Notes: a model not told the origin generated them from the sequence alone. A DNA stretch of 64,000 bases from Clostridia bacterium (GCA_050951325.1 JBMNIW010000006.1:81036-145035); one strand, 5' to 3'; positions 30,988-40,965 are shown, counted from the first letter of the stretch. Translations and numbers: made by a program.

Positions 30988-31755
30988 TTAACCTCTTTTG
31001 CCTCTCTGGATTCCCTGGTGGTCTATGTAGTAATCGGTCTTGTATATAAGTTCGGAAACCTTGACAAAATCATAGCCTTCATTCTTCAAATGCTTGATGA
31101 TGACCGGCAGAACATCCTTTGTATGTTTTGTGTCATTATGGAAAAGAAGTATGCTGCCGGACCTTGTTCTTCCTGTGACCCTGTCTATAATGTTCTGGGC
31201 AGTCATCGAATCTTTCCAGTCTATGCTGTCAACAGTCCATTTTATAGTATACAATCCTTTCCTCTGGGTAAGCGTCAAAAGCTCCTCCGTATGGTCTCCT
31301 GAAGGAGCCCTGTATAACAAAGGCCTGAATCCTACAATCTTCTCTATTGCATCATTTGCCTTGTCTATCTCCTCTTCCATCTGTTTCACAGATATTCTGG
31401 AGGGCAGCTTGTGGGAATATGAATGATTTCCAATCTCATGACCTCTGTCATGTATCAATTTAAGCATCTCAGGATTCTTCTCCGCCCAGATTCCTAGAAC
31501 AAAAAACGTAGCCTTTACCTGTTCCCTGTCCAGAATATCAAGTATCTCAGGTATGTCATCAGCACCCCAGGCACAGTTAATTGTAAGAGAGATTCTCATG
31601 TTATCATCGTCCGTACCATATATGGGTAGAAGGGTTTCCTGAGCCCTTCCCAAATGATCCTTTACCATCGACACAACCGCCAGCATCATTACAATAACCA
31701 GGACAAGAGAAATAATTAAAAATTGCCTGCCGTGTTTTATGTATATCAGTTTCAT
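30988..31755 (-). CDS. Polysaccharide deacetylase (CE4, PdaB-like)
   Basis: N-terminal TM; LTINCAWG, ATFF, HEIGNHSYSH, RAPSG, DSIDW, ILLFHN. Confidence 0.85.
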   Translation of the reverse strand: MKLIYIKHGRQFLIISLVLVIVMMLAVVSMVKDHLGRAQETLLPIYGTDDDNMRISLTINCAWGADDIPEILDILDREQVKATFFVLGIWAEKNPEMLKLIHDRGHEIGNHSYSHKLPSRISVKQMEEEIDKANDAIEKIVGFRPLLYRAPSGDHTEELLTLTQRKGLYTIKWTVDSIDWKDSMTAQNIIDRVTGRTRSGSILLFHNDTKHTKDVLPVIIKHLKNEGYDFVKVSELIYKTDYYIDHQGIQRGKRG

Positions 31756-31851
31756 AATAAGCTCCAAAACCTTGTTTGCTAAATATTACGCAAAACACGA
31801 ATGATTTATGACAAACAATATGGCGGGCACAGCCCGCCTCATTATTTCTAT

Positions 31852-32292
31852 TTATGATATTCTGAGACTTATCGTATCCAGCCTCTTCATATTTTCCTTC
31901 ATGTCTACTGAGTATATCGGCACACCAGGCGCCATGTTCATTATCTGTTCCAAAAACGACCCTGCTCCCAAATTGCCCGGGAGACCGGTCACCATAATCA
32001 TTGGTTTGAATCTTTTTATAGTATCGTGCGCTGCCTCATACATGTCATCTGAGTATACAACTGTAAGTTCGGCATCCGCACTTTTTGCAGCTTCGCTTAG
32101 TTTCTTAAGGTCGCTTGCGCGATTGTTCCAATCGCCCTTGATGCTTCCCTGTATGCTAACAATTACAAGTTCCACCTTGTTATCATCAGCCAGTTTTCTT
32201 CCTGCGCTGACGATACTTTGGCAGGCATCGGGATTGGTTACCCAAACCAATACGGTTTTCTTCCTCTCTTGTTTTCTTGTCTTCATCGACAC
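31852..32292 (-). CDS. Universal stress protein-like domain protein
   Basis: VLVWVT...GRKLA and AELTV pattern resembling KdpD/Usp-like small proteins. Confidence 0.6.
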   Translation of the reverse strand: MSMKTRKQERKKTVLVWVTNPDACQSIVSAGRKLADDNKVELVIVSIQGSIKGDWNNRASDLKKLSEAAKSADAELTVVYSDDMYEAAHDTIKRFKPMIMVTGLPGNLGAGSFLEQIMNMAPGVPIYSVDMKENMKRLDTISLRIS

Positions 32293-32422
32293 TTTCCTTT
32301 CTATATAATTTTAAAGGTTCAAATTAAAGCAAATCGCCTCCTTATGCACTTTACGCATTTCACTGTTCCCAGTATAACATATCTATCTCCATTTTTCAAT
32401 CAAAAATCATTAATCGAAATTA

Positions 32423-32451
32423 TTGACTTATAAATTTTTATGTAATATTAT
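32423..32451 (+). promoter_or_regulatory. SigA-type promoter
   Basis: TTGACT-17 bp-TATTAT, 30 bp upstream of ATG 32482. Confidence 0.55.
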
Positions 32452-32481
32452 TTTATCTAACAAGCTTAAGGAAGGGATAAC

Positions 32482-33576
32482 ATGATAACTCCAAACGAAA
32501 AAATATTGAGTCAGTTTGCTTTTAGTGGCAAGCACATAAGCACAGAGCCAATAATTGCAGGTCACATCAATAATACTTTTCTAGTTACATACGACAAGGC
32601 AAAGTATACGCTGCAGCGCATCAACACAAATGTTTTCAAGGATCCGTACAAACTAATGAGCAACATTCAAGGGATAACCAAACACATATACAACAAAATG
32701 AAATCATTAGGCAATGATCCGGAAAGAGCAACTTTAAGGGTTGTGGAAACCATTAATGGACAACCTTTGTTCAAGGACGAAGATGGCCATTTCTGGAGAG
32801 CCTATTATTATATTGACGATGCGAAAGCTTATGACATTGTTGAAAACCCGAGTCTTTTCTATGAAGCAGGAGTTATACTTGGAAAATTCCAAAAACTTTT
32901 GGAAGACTATCCTATTGATTTACTTCATGAGACAATACCTGATTTTCACAACACTCCAAAAAGGTTTGAGAATTTTGTAAAAGCCCTTGAGCAAAACGCA
33001 TCACGCAGAGCCCATGAATGCAAGGAAGAAATAGAATTTGTTCTTTCCAGGGAAAAATACTGCCCAATTATTGTTAATCTGATGAATGAGGGAAGAATAC
33101 CAAAAAGAGTTACACACAATGACACAAAACTGAACAATGTCCTTATCGACAACAAGACAAACAAGGCAATCTGTATTGTCGACCTGGACACCGTAATGCC
33201 CGGCTCTGCACTTTACGACTTTGGAGACAGTATACGATTTGGAGCAAGTTCAGCCCTTGAAGACGAAAAGGACCTTGACAAGGTATATATGGTAACTGAA
33301 TTGTTCGAAGCGTATGCAGATGGCTACCTGAGCCAGGTCAAATCATCCCTTACAAAGGACGAAATTGACAACCTTGCCATGTCCGCCATAATTATTACTT
33401 TGGAAATAGGAATGCGCTTTTTGACTGACCATTTGGACGGAGATGTTTACTTCCAGATTCACAGGGAAAACCACAACCTCGACAGAGCAAGAACCCAGTT
33501 TAAACTGGTGGAAGACATGGAATCAAAATACGATGAAATGGTGGAGATTATAAATAGAACAGCGAGCAAGTATTAG
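32482..33576 (+). CDS. APH-fold phosphotransferase, N-acetylhexosamine 1-kinase-like
   Basis: GHINNTF, LQRIN, HETIPDFHNT, THNDTKLNN, DLDTVMPG, RFLTDHL. Confidence 0.8.
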   Translation: MITPNEKILSQFAFSGKHISTEPIIAGHINNTFLVTYDKAKYTLQRINTNVFKDPYKLMSNIQGITKHIYNKMKSLGNDPERATLRVVETINGQPLFKDEDGHFWRAYYYIDDAKAYDIVENPSLFYEAGVILGKFQKLLEDYPIDLLHETIPDFHNTPKRFENFVKALEQNASRRAHECKEEIEFVLSREKYCPIIVNLMNEGRIPKRVTHNDTKLNNVLIDNKTNKAICIVDLDTVMPGSALYDFGDSIRFGASSALEDEKDLDKVYMVTELFEAYADGYLSQVKSSLTKDEIDNLAMSAIIITLEIGMRFLTDHLDGDVYFQIHRENHNLDRARTQFKLVEDMESKYDEMVEIINRTASKY

Positions 33577-33603
33577 AAAGCCGTTGCATAATGCAACGGC
33601 TTT
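33577..33603. terminator. Bidirectional intrinsic terminator
   Basis: AAAGCCGTTGCA-TAA-TGCAACGGCTTT between convergent genes. Confidence 0.8.
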
Positions 33604-33606
33604 CTT

Positions 33607-34365
33607 TTACACAATCACATCTATTCCCATTTCTCTTAAATACTTTTTTAAATCTATAATCTCAATTTCTTTAAAATGGAACAGCGATGCAGCCAAAAGC
33701 CCTCTAGCTTTCCCTTCTTTTACAACCTCGTAAAAATGCTCCTTTTTACCAGCACCTCCGGAAGCAATAACGGGTATGCTTACATTTTCAGCTACTAGTC
33801 TTGTAAGTTCTACATCATATCCGTTTTTCGTTCCATCTCTATCCATACTTGTAAGGAGGATTTCTCCAGCGCCAAGCTCTTGCACTTTTTTCGCCCATTC
33901 AACCACATCAACACCGGTGTTTGTTTTTCCTCCGTTTATCATCGTATCGTAGCCTGAACCGTCTTCCCTTTTCCTGGCATCTATTGCAACAACAATGCAC
34001 TGTTTACCAAACCTTTCAGCACACTCCCTGATTATGTCCGGATTCTTGAATGCAGCGGTGTTTATTGCCACCTTGTCCGCACCCTGCCTGATAACCTCCT
34101 TTACATCCTCAACTGTACGGATGCCCCCACCTACGGTGAATGGTATGTCCACATTTTCAGAGACTTTTCTTACCATGTCCAAGTGAGTCTTTCTGTGCTC
34201 GGTGGTTGCAGTTATGTCGAGAAAAACAAGTTCGTCCGCACCAGCTTTTGAATACGCTCTACCTACCAGTACAGGATCACCTGCATCAATCAGATTCTCA
34301 AAGTTTACTCCTTTTACTACTCTTCCCCTGTTAACATCAAGACAGGGTATCACTCTTACCTGCAT
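33607..34365 (-). CDS. hisF: Imidazole glycerol phosphate synthase cyclase subunit
   Basis: [41 protein letters not shown]. Confidence 0.96.
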   Translation of the reverse strand: MQVRVIPCLDVNRGRVVKGVNFENLIDAGDPVLVGRAYSKAGADELVFLDITATTEHRKTHLDMVRKVSENVDIPFTVGGGIRTVEDVKEVIRQGADKVAINTAAFKNPDIIRECAERFGKQCIVVAIDARKREDGSGYDTMINGGKTNTGVDVVEWAKKVQELGAGEILLTSMDRDGTKNGYDVELTRLVAENVSIPVIASGGAGKKEHFYEVVKEGKARGLLAASLFHFKEIEIIDLKKYLREMGIDVIV

Positions 34366-34492
34366 GGGCTTTTAGCTCCTTTAAAAAAGTTTACCTGTTT
34401 AGTATAGCAAAGCGTTCATTTTTAGTAAAGAAGGTTTACAGAAGAAGAAAGATATAATATACTTTAATATAAGAAACATGGAGGGGTTGTTC

Positions 34493-35008
34493 ATGGCCAG
34501 AAAAAAGTTGAATGAAATAGAAATATACGAAAAGAAAAGAAAAATAAAGCTGATAATATTCCCTTTGTTGGTAATAATTATAACTCCAATGATAGTTTTT
34601 GCCGCTTCCCGCTTGACCACTCTATCTGAGCAGCTTAATGCCAAACTGCCTCACACTATGATAATCTACAGGGCAAGGGACCAAAGAAGCCGGGAAGTGT
34701 TTGACCAAAACGCACTTAAAGACATCACCAGAAGAATCAATATGATGCCAAAAGAAAAGGTTTACGATCAGAGAAATGTATACATAGATTACGAAAACGC
34801 ATACTACCTTACACTTCAATTCGAAGATGATTACGGTTACGACTACACTGAGCAGTACCTAATTTCCGGTACATACATGAGCGTATCCAAGGATGGAGTT
34901 ACAGAACTATATAAAATCAAATCAAAAGATGATGTAGACAAACTCATAAGTTCAATCAACACCGTTCTGAGGCCCAGAAGAAATCGTGGAGATTGGTCTC
35001 AAAACTAG
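34493..35008 (+). CDS. Hypothetical single-TM protein
   Basis: ATG behind GGAGGGG; basic N-terminus followed by a TM helix. Confidence 0.75.
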   Translation: MARKKLNEIEIYEKKRKIKLIIFPLLVIIITPMIVFAASRLTTLSEQLNAKLPHTMIIYRARDQRSREVFDQNALKDITRRINMMPKEKVYDQRNVYIDYENAYYLTLQFEDDYGYDYTEQYLISGTYMSVSKDGVTELYKIKSKDDVDKLISSINTVLRPRRNRGDWSQN

Positions 35009-35069
35009 ATATTTTCTTTGATACAAGGTATAATAGATGTTAAATTTTATTTCAACAAGGAGAATCAGT

Positions 35070-35549
35070 ATGCACAGAATTCTTGAACTTTTGGAAAATA
35101 ACAGCAATCTGACCCCTGAAGACATAGCAGTCATGATTGACAAAACCCCTGATGAAGTAAGGGCAGCAATAAGTCAGTACGAGAAGGAAGGCGTCATTGT
35201 TGGCAAGAAAACCATTATCAACTGGCAGAAAGCTGACAAGGACCTTGTTACAGCTTTTATAGAAATAAAATGCACACCGCAGTATGGAAGAGGTTTTGAC
35301 CAGATTGCAGAACGCTTCTACCAGTATGAGCAGGTCAAATCCGTTTATTTAATGTCGGGTGCATACGATCTTGCTCTGATTGTTGAAGGCAATTCACTTA
35401 CCGAGGTTGCTTCCTTCGTATCAGGCAAACTTGCTCCCATGGACACCGTTATAAGTACATGCACCCACTTTGTACTCAAGAAGTACAAAGACAACGGAGT
35501 CATGCTTGAAACGCCCCCAAAAGATGAAAGACAGGTGATGGCGTTTTGA
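35070..35549 (+). CDS. Lrp/AsnC transcriptional regulator (YugG/AlaR-like)
   Basis: N-terminal HTH; VYLMSGAYDL, THFVLKKYK. Confidence 0.9.
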   Translation: MHRILELLENNSNLTPEDIAVMIDKTPDEVRAAISQYEKEGVIVGKKTIINWQKADKDLVTAFIEIKCTPQYGRGFDQIAERFYQYEQVKSVYLMSGAYDLALIVEGNSLTEVASFVSGKLAPMDTVISTCTHFVLKKYKDNGVMLETPPKDERQVMAF

Positions 35550-36721
35550 AACTCTCTCCAAAAGATCAGATAAATTCAGTTGTTGCGAATTTGCCCCCAT
35601 CAGGTATTCGCAAACTTTTTGATATTGCTTCAGGCATGGACGGTGTAATTTCCTTGGGAATAGGTGAACCAGACTTCATAACTCCCTGGCATATTCGCAA
35701 TGCCGGTATCATGTCTTTGGAAAAAGGCAGAACCCAATACACCTCCAACGCCGGGCTTGTGGAACTCAAGCAGGAAGTCGCAAACTATATGAAGAGGCGC
35801 TTTGGCCTATCATATGAACCAAACAACCAGGTTTTGATTACTGTTGGCGGCAGTGAGGCCATTGACCTGGCAATACGTGCATTTGTGGAGCCAGGTGATG
35901 AGGTGCTGATTCCCATCCCCTGTTTTGTCTGCTATGATCCAATAACAAGACTTGCAGGAGGAGTCCCTGTCCTTTTGGAAACTAAAGCGGAGGACAACTT
36001 CAAACTCACTCCCGAGCTTCTTAAAAAGAACATCACAGACAAAACAAAAGCACTGATTCTGCCCTTTCCCAACAATCCCACAGGAGCAATAATGGATAAG
36101 GAAGACCTGGAGAAAATAGCAGAGGTTCTGCGCGATACGAATATAATGATAATATCGGATGAGATTTATGCTGAACTTACTTACACTGACAAAAGGCATG
36201 TCTCCATTGCTGAAATAGATGGCATGTATGATAGAACCGTTGTAATAAACGGGTTTTCAAAAGCTTATGCCATGACAGGCTGGCGTCTGGGATTTGCCTG
36301 TGGACATCCTGATGTAATCGGACCTATGATAAAAATACACCAGTATGCTATAATGTGTGCTCCAACTACAAGCCAGTATGCTGCAATAGAAGCTCTTAGG
36401 TTTGGAGACAAGGATATTGAAGACATGAAGACCGAGTACAATTACAGAAGAAAGCTCATTGTTAACGGCTTCAACAAAATGGGACTTGACTGTTTTGAAC
36501 CAATGGGTGCCTTCTACTGCTTTCCAAGCATAAAGAGAACAGGCCTTTCATCTGAAGAGTTCTGTGAAAAACTTCTTTTGGAAGAGAAGATTGCACTGGT
36601 TCCTGGAGTCGCTTTTGGAAAGAGCGGCGAAGGTCATTTAAGAGTTTCATACGCCTACTCCGTGGAACATATTAAAAAAGCTCTGGAAGGTGTGGAAAGA
36701 TTTATATCTAAATATATATGA
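35546..36721 (+). CDS. Class I/II aminotransferase (YugH/AlaT-like)
   Basis: PSGIRKLFD, LGIGEPDF, PNNPTG, SDEIY, GFSKAYAMTGWRLG; overlaps the Lrp stop. Confidence 0.9.
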   Translation: MKLSPKDQINSVVANLPPSGIRKLFDIASGMDGVISLGIGEPDFITPWHIRNAGIMSLEKGRTQYTSNAGLVELKQEVANYMKRRFGLSYEPNNQVLITVGGSEAIDLAIRAFVEPGDEVLIPIPCFVCYDPITRLAGGVPVLLETKAEDNFKLTPELLKKNITDKTKALILPFPNNPTGAIMDKEDLEKIAEVLRDTNIMIISDEIYAELTYTDKRHVSIAEIDGMYDRTVVINGFSKAYAMTGWRLGFACGHPDVIGPMIKIHQYAIMCAPTTSQYAAIEALRFGDKDIEDMKTEYNYRRKLIVNGFNKMGLDCFEPMGAFYCFPSIKRTGLSSEEFCEKLLLEEKIALVPGVAFGKSGEGHLRVSYAYSVEHIKKALEGVERFISKYI

Positions 36722-36733
36722 ATAGAATAAGAC

Positions 36734-36753
36734 AGGGGCTCTCACGAGCCCCT
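36734..36753 (+). terminator. Intrinsic terminator
   Basis: AGGGGCTC-TCAC-GAGCCCCT followed by TTATTT. Confidence 0.75.
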
Positions 36754-36757
36754 TTAT

Positions 36758-37003
36758 TTATGATTTTCTCTTCTTAACCACAACCACCACTACTACACCT
36801 GATACCAAAAGAAAACCCCACTATATGGAGGTTGACACAGGAGATGTCTTGGGGGTTGGTGATGTCTTTGATGTAGATGACGGAGTCTTGGTAGGTGTAG
36901 GACTTGGTTGCCGTCTTATAATCTTAATGTAGTACATGGCAGAAGTCTTCATATCGGATGCAGTTACTAATATTTCCGGTACAATAACATAGATTTGCTG
37001 CAA
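36758..37003 (-). pseudogene. Remnant of a C-terminally anchored surface protein
   Basis: ILVTASDMKTSAMYYIKIIR, a PT/S linker, an in-frame TAG at 36821-36823, then WGFLLVSGVVVVVVVKKRKS and TAA. Confidence 0.6.
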
Positions 37004-37035
37004 AAGCTATATGAAAAAAAGATGTCATAAAAAAA

Positions 37036-37066
37036 GTCACATTAGTCGATAATCGACTAATGTGAC
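37036..37066 (-). terminator. Intrinsic terminator (15-bp perfect inverted repeat)
   Basis: GTCACATTAGTCGAT-A-ATCGACTAATGTGAC followed by T7 on the minus strand. Confidence 0.75.
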
Positions 37067-37080
37067 CTCTTCGTGATTTC

Positions 37081-38421
37081 TTATCCTTTTTTCTTTTTCA
37101 TTACTACGGCTACTGCAGCACCTGCTACAACCAAAACAGCTACAACTACAATTATGATAACAACGCGTGTATTTGAACCGCCATCTTCTTTTTTATCCTC
37201 TTCAGTTTCAGTTGGATCTGGACTGTCTGTCTTATCTGGAGTTGGTGTTCTTTCAGGTGTAGGTGTTGGCTCTGGTGTAGGTGTTGGTTCAGGAAGTGAT
37301 GATACATCAAAGTTTCTTGCAGCCTCCTCGGTTCCAAAGAACAGTATGTAGGCTATCTCAAAAACATATTCCTGATCGGCACTTGGAAGTATATCAAACC
37401 TGAAGGACAAAAGATCTCCCTTCCAGTGTTTGTTTGTTGAAAAGTCGATTATGACATCCTGCCATTCGGTGGTATCCTCATAGCTGAATACTACCGAACC
37501 TCCGGGAGCGGGACCTTGGAATTCGGTTGTGTTAAAGAATATCTCTGCTGATCTTGGCGCACCTTCCGGTCTCTTGATACCAATTCTCATTATTGGATAC
37601 TCCTCACAAGGAACAGGTTCCAATTCGTCTAACAGTAAGTGGAACTGAGGGTCTCCAATACCTGGTACTACCTGTACTATGAGTTTTCCATCCTCTATGT
37701 ACAAATCCTCAATATCATGTTTATCTATCTCTGTAAAATAATACTCAGCATTCGGATCCGAAAATCTCATAAGAGCACCTTTGAATGGCTCTGGATCAGT
37801 GTTGACTTCGCCAGTTTCAACCTTTACAGGTGTAAGATTACCATAAGGAACCTCTGGAGCTTCGCCCTTGAACTCAACGTACATTCTAGCCGAGAGGCCT
37901 TTGTTGTAATGACCGTCCTCAAAAAAGTTCTGGCCAGGATACGGCTTATGTGACCAAATACCTACACCAGGATTTATCGCACTTCCCGTTTCATCATACG
38001 CATCAGTTATCTCAATTACATATTCACCTGCTGCGAGAGGATCAGCCTCTGTAAATTCGAAGCCGAGATAGGAATTATCCTGATAATCTTCAAATGTATG
38101 CTTTATAATCGGATCTTTGGAGACACTAGTTGCATAGTCTGTGTCAAAAGCATACAAAGCCAGTGTTAGTTCTCCAATATCATTGTTCCAGCTTGGACAA
38201 CCTATTCCTACATAAAGTGCATCAGCAGCCAGCGAAAATTGAATGCCGACTGTTTCATCCTCCTTGATGGAATATGCACTGTTTTCATCTCCCGAAAAAT
38301 TCGGATCAATTTTTGAATCTTTTTGCGGAATTTCTTTTGGTGTTCCTTTGGCCTGTACCATTGTAACTGCCAAAATGGAAACAACAATTAAAATAATTGC
38401 GACTACGAGTTTGGATTTCAT
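37081..38421 (-). CDS. Secreted two-domain surface protein with PT linker and C-terminal TM anchor (paralog of 38571-39896)
   Basis: Signal peptide (VQA); CBM-like module ending WKGDLLSFRFDI; TM plus KKKKG tail. Confidence 0.85.
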   Translation of the reverse strand: MKSKLVVAIILIVVSILAVTMVQAKGTPKEIPQKDSKIDPNFSGDENSAYSIKEDETVGIQFSLAADALYVGIGCPSWNNDIGELTLALYAFDTDYATSVSKDPIIKHTFEDYQDNSYLGFEFTEADPLAAGEYVIEITDAYDETGSAINPGVGIWSHKPYPGQNFFEDGHYNKGLSARMYVEFKGEAPEVPYGNLTPVKVETGEVNTDPEPFKGALMRFSDPNAEYYFTEIDKHDIEDLYIEDGKLIVQVVPGIGDPQFHLLLDELEPVPCEEYPIMRIGIKRPEGAPRSAEIFFNTTEFQGPAPGGSVVFSYEDTTEWQDVIIDFSTNKHWKGDLLSFRFDILPSADQEYVFEIAYILFFGTEEAARNFDVSSLPEPTPTPEPTPTPERTPTPDKTDSPDPTETEEDKKEDGGSNTRVVIIIVVVAVLVVAGAAVAVVMKKKKG

Positions 38422-38451
38422 AACATGCCTCCTTTTGTTGTTGGTGGTTAT

Positions 38452-38479
38452 ATTTTAACATATTCATAACAAAATGCAA
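38452..38479 (-). promoter_or_regulatory. SigA-type promoter (extended -10)
   Basis: TTGCAT-16 bp-TAAAAT with TG; near-identical to the one upstream of the paralog. Confidence 0.55.
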
Positions 38480-38526
38480 ACAATAGCCTTTAAAAAAAAC
38501 AATTATTCATCTAATAAAATATAAAA

Positions 38527-38559
38527 AAAGGAGCTGCAGCGAAAAGCTGAAGCCCCTTT
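38527..38559 (-). terminator. Probable intrinsic terminator
   Basis: Imperfect GC stem followed by a T-run on the minus strand, after the stop at 38571. Confidence 0.5.
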
Positions 38560-38570
38560 GATTAAATTTG

Positions 38571-39896
38571 TTAACTATTTTTCTTCTTGGCTATAAATAC
38601 AACAGCAACGCCAGCAACTACGAGAACGGAAACACCAACGATAGCAATTATCATTCCTGTATTTTGTCCGCCTTCTTCCGTTTCTTTCTCTGTTTCAGTT
38701 GGAGAAGGACTCTCTGTCTTCTCTGGAGTTGGAGTTCTTTCAGGAGTTGCAGTTGGTTCTGGTGTTGGTGTTGGTTCAGGAAGCGTGCTAACATCAAAGT
38801 TTCTAGCAGCCTCTTCTGTACCAAAGAACAGAATATATGCAATTTCAAACAAGAATTCATCTTCTGAGCTTTGGAGAATGTCAAACCTGAATGACAAAAG
38901 ATCTCCCTTCCAGTTTTTGTTTGAGGAAAAGTCAACTATGACATCCTGCCACTCGGTGGTATCCTGGTAGTTGAAAGTAACAGAACCACCTGCAGCAGGT
39001 CCTCCAAACTCTGTGGTATTGAAGAATATCTCCGCACCTGTAGGAGCACCCTCAGGCTTCTTCAGACCAATTCTCATAATTGGATACTGGTCGCAAGGTA
39101 CCATTTCCAACATATCGCTAACAAGTATATTGAACTGTGGGTCGTGGCTAGGCATGACCTGAACAAACAGCTTGCCGTCTTCAATATACATGTCACCTAT
39201 GCCAAATTTGTCCTGCTCGGTGTAATAGAATTCTGCACTTGGATCAGAGAATCTCATGAGAGCTCCCTCAAAAGGATTGGGATCAGTATTTACTTCACCA
39301 TTATCACTCTTTACAGGTGTCAGGTTGCCATATGGAACCTCTGGAGTTCCACCTTTGAACTCGACGTACATTCTTGCGGACAAACCTTTATTGTAGACAC
39401 CGTCTTCATAAAAGAACTGACCAGGATACGTCTTGTGGGACCAGAGTCCTACACCTGAGCCGCTTTCATCAAACGCATCACTTAATTCAATTACATATTC
39501 ACCTGCTTTAAGGGGAGCAGCTTCAGTAAACTCAAAACCAATATATGAGTTATCCTGATAGTCCACAAATGTATGCTTCACTATTGGATCCTTGGAAACA
39601 CTGGTAGCATAGTCAGTATCAAAAGCATACAAGGATACTGTAAGTTCTCCAATATCATTACTCCAGCTAGGACAGCCTACACCTACATAGAGGGCATCTG
39701 CCGCTAATGAGAATTGTATTCCAACAGTTTCTCCCTCATTAAGGGGGTATGCACTGTTGTTTTCACCTGAAAAGTTAGGTTCTAGTTCTGAATCCTTTGT
39801 TACAATTTCTTTAGGCGTCCCACTAGCGCTTACCATGGTAACTGCCATTATTGACGCAATAATAAAAGCTATTATTACTATAAGTTTTGATTTCAT
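38571..39896 (-). CDS. Secreted two-domain surface protein with PT linker and C-terminal TM anchor (paralog of 37081-38421)
   Basis: ATG 39896 behind AGGAGG; long identical stretches with the neighbour (e.g. TVGIQFSLAADALYVG). Confidence 0.85.
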   Translation of the reverse strand: MKSKLIVIIAFIIASIMAVTMVSASGTPKEIVTKDSELEPNFSGENNSAYPLNEGETVGIQFSLAADALYVGVGCPSWSNDIGELTVSLYAFDTDYATSVSKDPIVKHTFVDYQDNSYIGFEFTEAAPLKAGEYVIELSDAFDESGSGVGLWSHKTYPGQFFYEDGVYNKGLSARMYVEFKGGTPEVPYGNLTPVKSDNGEVNTDPNPFEGALMRFSDPSAEFYYTEQDKFGIGDMYIEDGKLFVQVMPSHDPQFNILVSDMLEMVPCDQYPIMRIGLKKPEGAPTGAEIFFNTTEFGGPAAGGSVTFNYQDTTEWQDVIVDFSSNKNWKGDLLSFRFDILQSSEDEFLFEIAYILFFGTEEAARNFDVSTLPEPTPTPEPTATPERTPTPEKTESPSPTETEKETEEGGQNTGMIIAIVGVSVLVVAGVAVVFIAKKKNS

Positions 39897-39916
39897 ATAC
39901 AGCCTCCTATAATTTC

Positions 39917-39955
39917 GTTTGCAGTATATTTTAACATACTGCAAACAAAACGCAA
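39917..39955 (-). promoter_or_regulatory. SigA-type promoter overlapped by an 11-bp perfect inverted repeat
   Basis: TTGCGT-16 bp-TAAAAT; GTTTGCAGTAT-N8-ATACTGCAAAC at 39917-39946. Confidence 0.55.
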
Positions 39956-40023
39956 CAGGTTAATCACTAGTTCACAATTGAATCAAAATATAGTACAAAA
40001 AGTTCCGAATTTAGTACAATCCA

Positions 40024-40776
40024 TTAATCCTGTTTCTTTTTCCTTAACATAACTAAAACAATAACTATTGCAGCAATTACCACAACTCCAACTATTGAGG
40101 CAACTATAATCGGTGTTATATTGGATGATTCGCCCTTTGTACTTTCTTCTGCCGTTTTTGTTGGAACTGGTGTATCGGTAGGATCCGGAGTTGGCGAAGG
40201 TTCTTCCGTAGGTTCCGGTGTAGGCGGTACGTATGAGGAGTCGGAAAAGATTATTTCCGTAATCGCAACGCCGTCCTGCCTGTCGCCAATTTTGGCCATG
40301 GTAAGTGCAAGGTAGACAACCCCATTGTAATCTGTATCAAGTTCCATCACCACTTCATTATCAGCTACCGCCCAATTACCGTATGGATTCTCCAGATTCA
40401 CCTGTGCAATTATCTCCACATCTTCTATGGGATTATACGCACCGTCTGTGGTGGGACCGTTTTTGGTAAGAGCAAACCAAGCGCTCTTTTCGTCATCGTA
40501 GAACTGGGCTCCCTGGTCTGCCCCATAACGAATAGTCACTGTATCATATTTACTCAGATCAATTTCACCAAGACAATGATAATCTCCAATATTGCCCATC
40601 TGTAGAACATAGTCATTATACCCAGCTGCAGTGAAGATATGTACGTTGCCCTTGCCCTCCTGTTCCTGCAAGGCTTCAATGTCAAGCTCCAACGGAGGAT
40701 TTGCAGCAAATACATTTGCAACCAACAGAAGCATGCATACAGTTAGTATTACTGTGAAAAACCCAGCTTTTCTCAT
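40024..40776 (-). CDS. Secreted beta-sandwich surface protein with PT linker and C-terminal TM anchor
   Basis: Signal peptide (VFA); GEIDLSKY...YG motif; TM plus RKKK tail. Confidence 0.8.
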   Translation of the reverse strand: MRKAGFFTVILTVCMLLLVANVFAANPPLELDIEALQEQEGKGNVHIFTAAGYNDYVLQMGNIGDYHCLGEIDLSKYDTVTIRYGADQGAQFYDDEKSAWFALTKNGPTTDGAYNPIEDVEIIAQVNLENPYGNWAVADNEVVMELDTDYNGVVYLALTMAKIGDRQDGVAITEIIFSDSSYVPPTPEPTEEPSPTPDPTDTPVPTKTAEESTKGESSNITPIIVASIVGVVVIAAIVIVLVMLRKKKQD

Positions 40777-40965
40777 ATATATCACCCTTCCATATATTTA
40801 TATTTTAATTTTAATATTTTCTATGCTATTGTCAAACAATATATTAATATTGGTAAAAATACTTCATTGATTTAACACATTAATGTATTGCAATGATATA
40901 TAGAAGAATATATAATGTATTTTTGTATACTACATATACATTAATCAAAGAAGTAAGGAGAGTTC

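Noticed and set aside
32482-33576. APH-fold protein as an aminoglycoside resistance gene
   Set aside because: Length and motifs (GHIN.T, HNDTKLNN, DLDTVMPG) fit the sugar-kinase branch, and the context is not mobile.
37036-37066. 31-bp near-perfect palindrome as a recombination site or MITE
   Set aside because: Its position after a stop codon with a T7 tail is explained by a terminator, and there is no second copy in the window.
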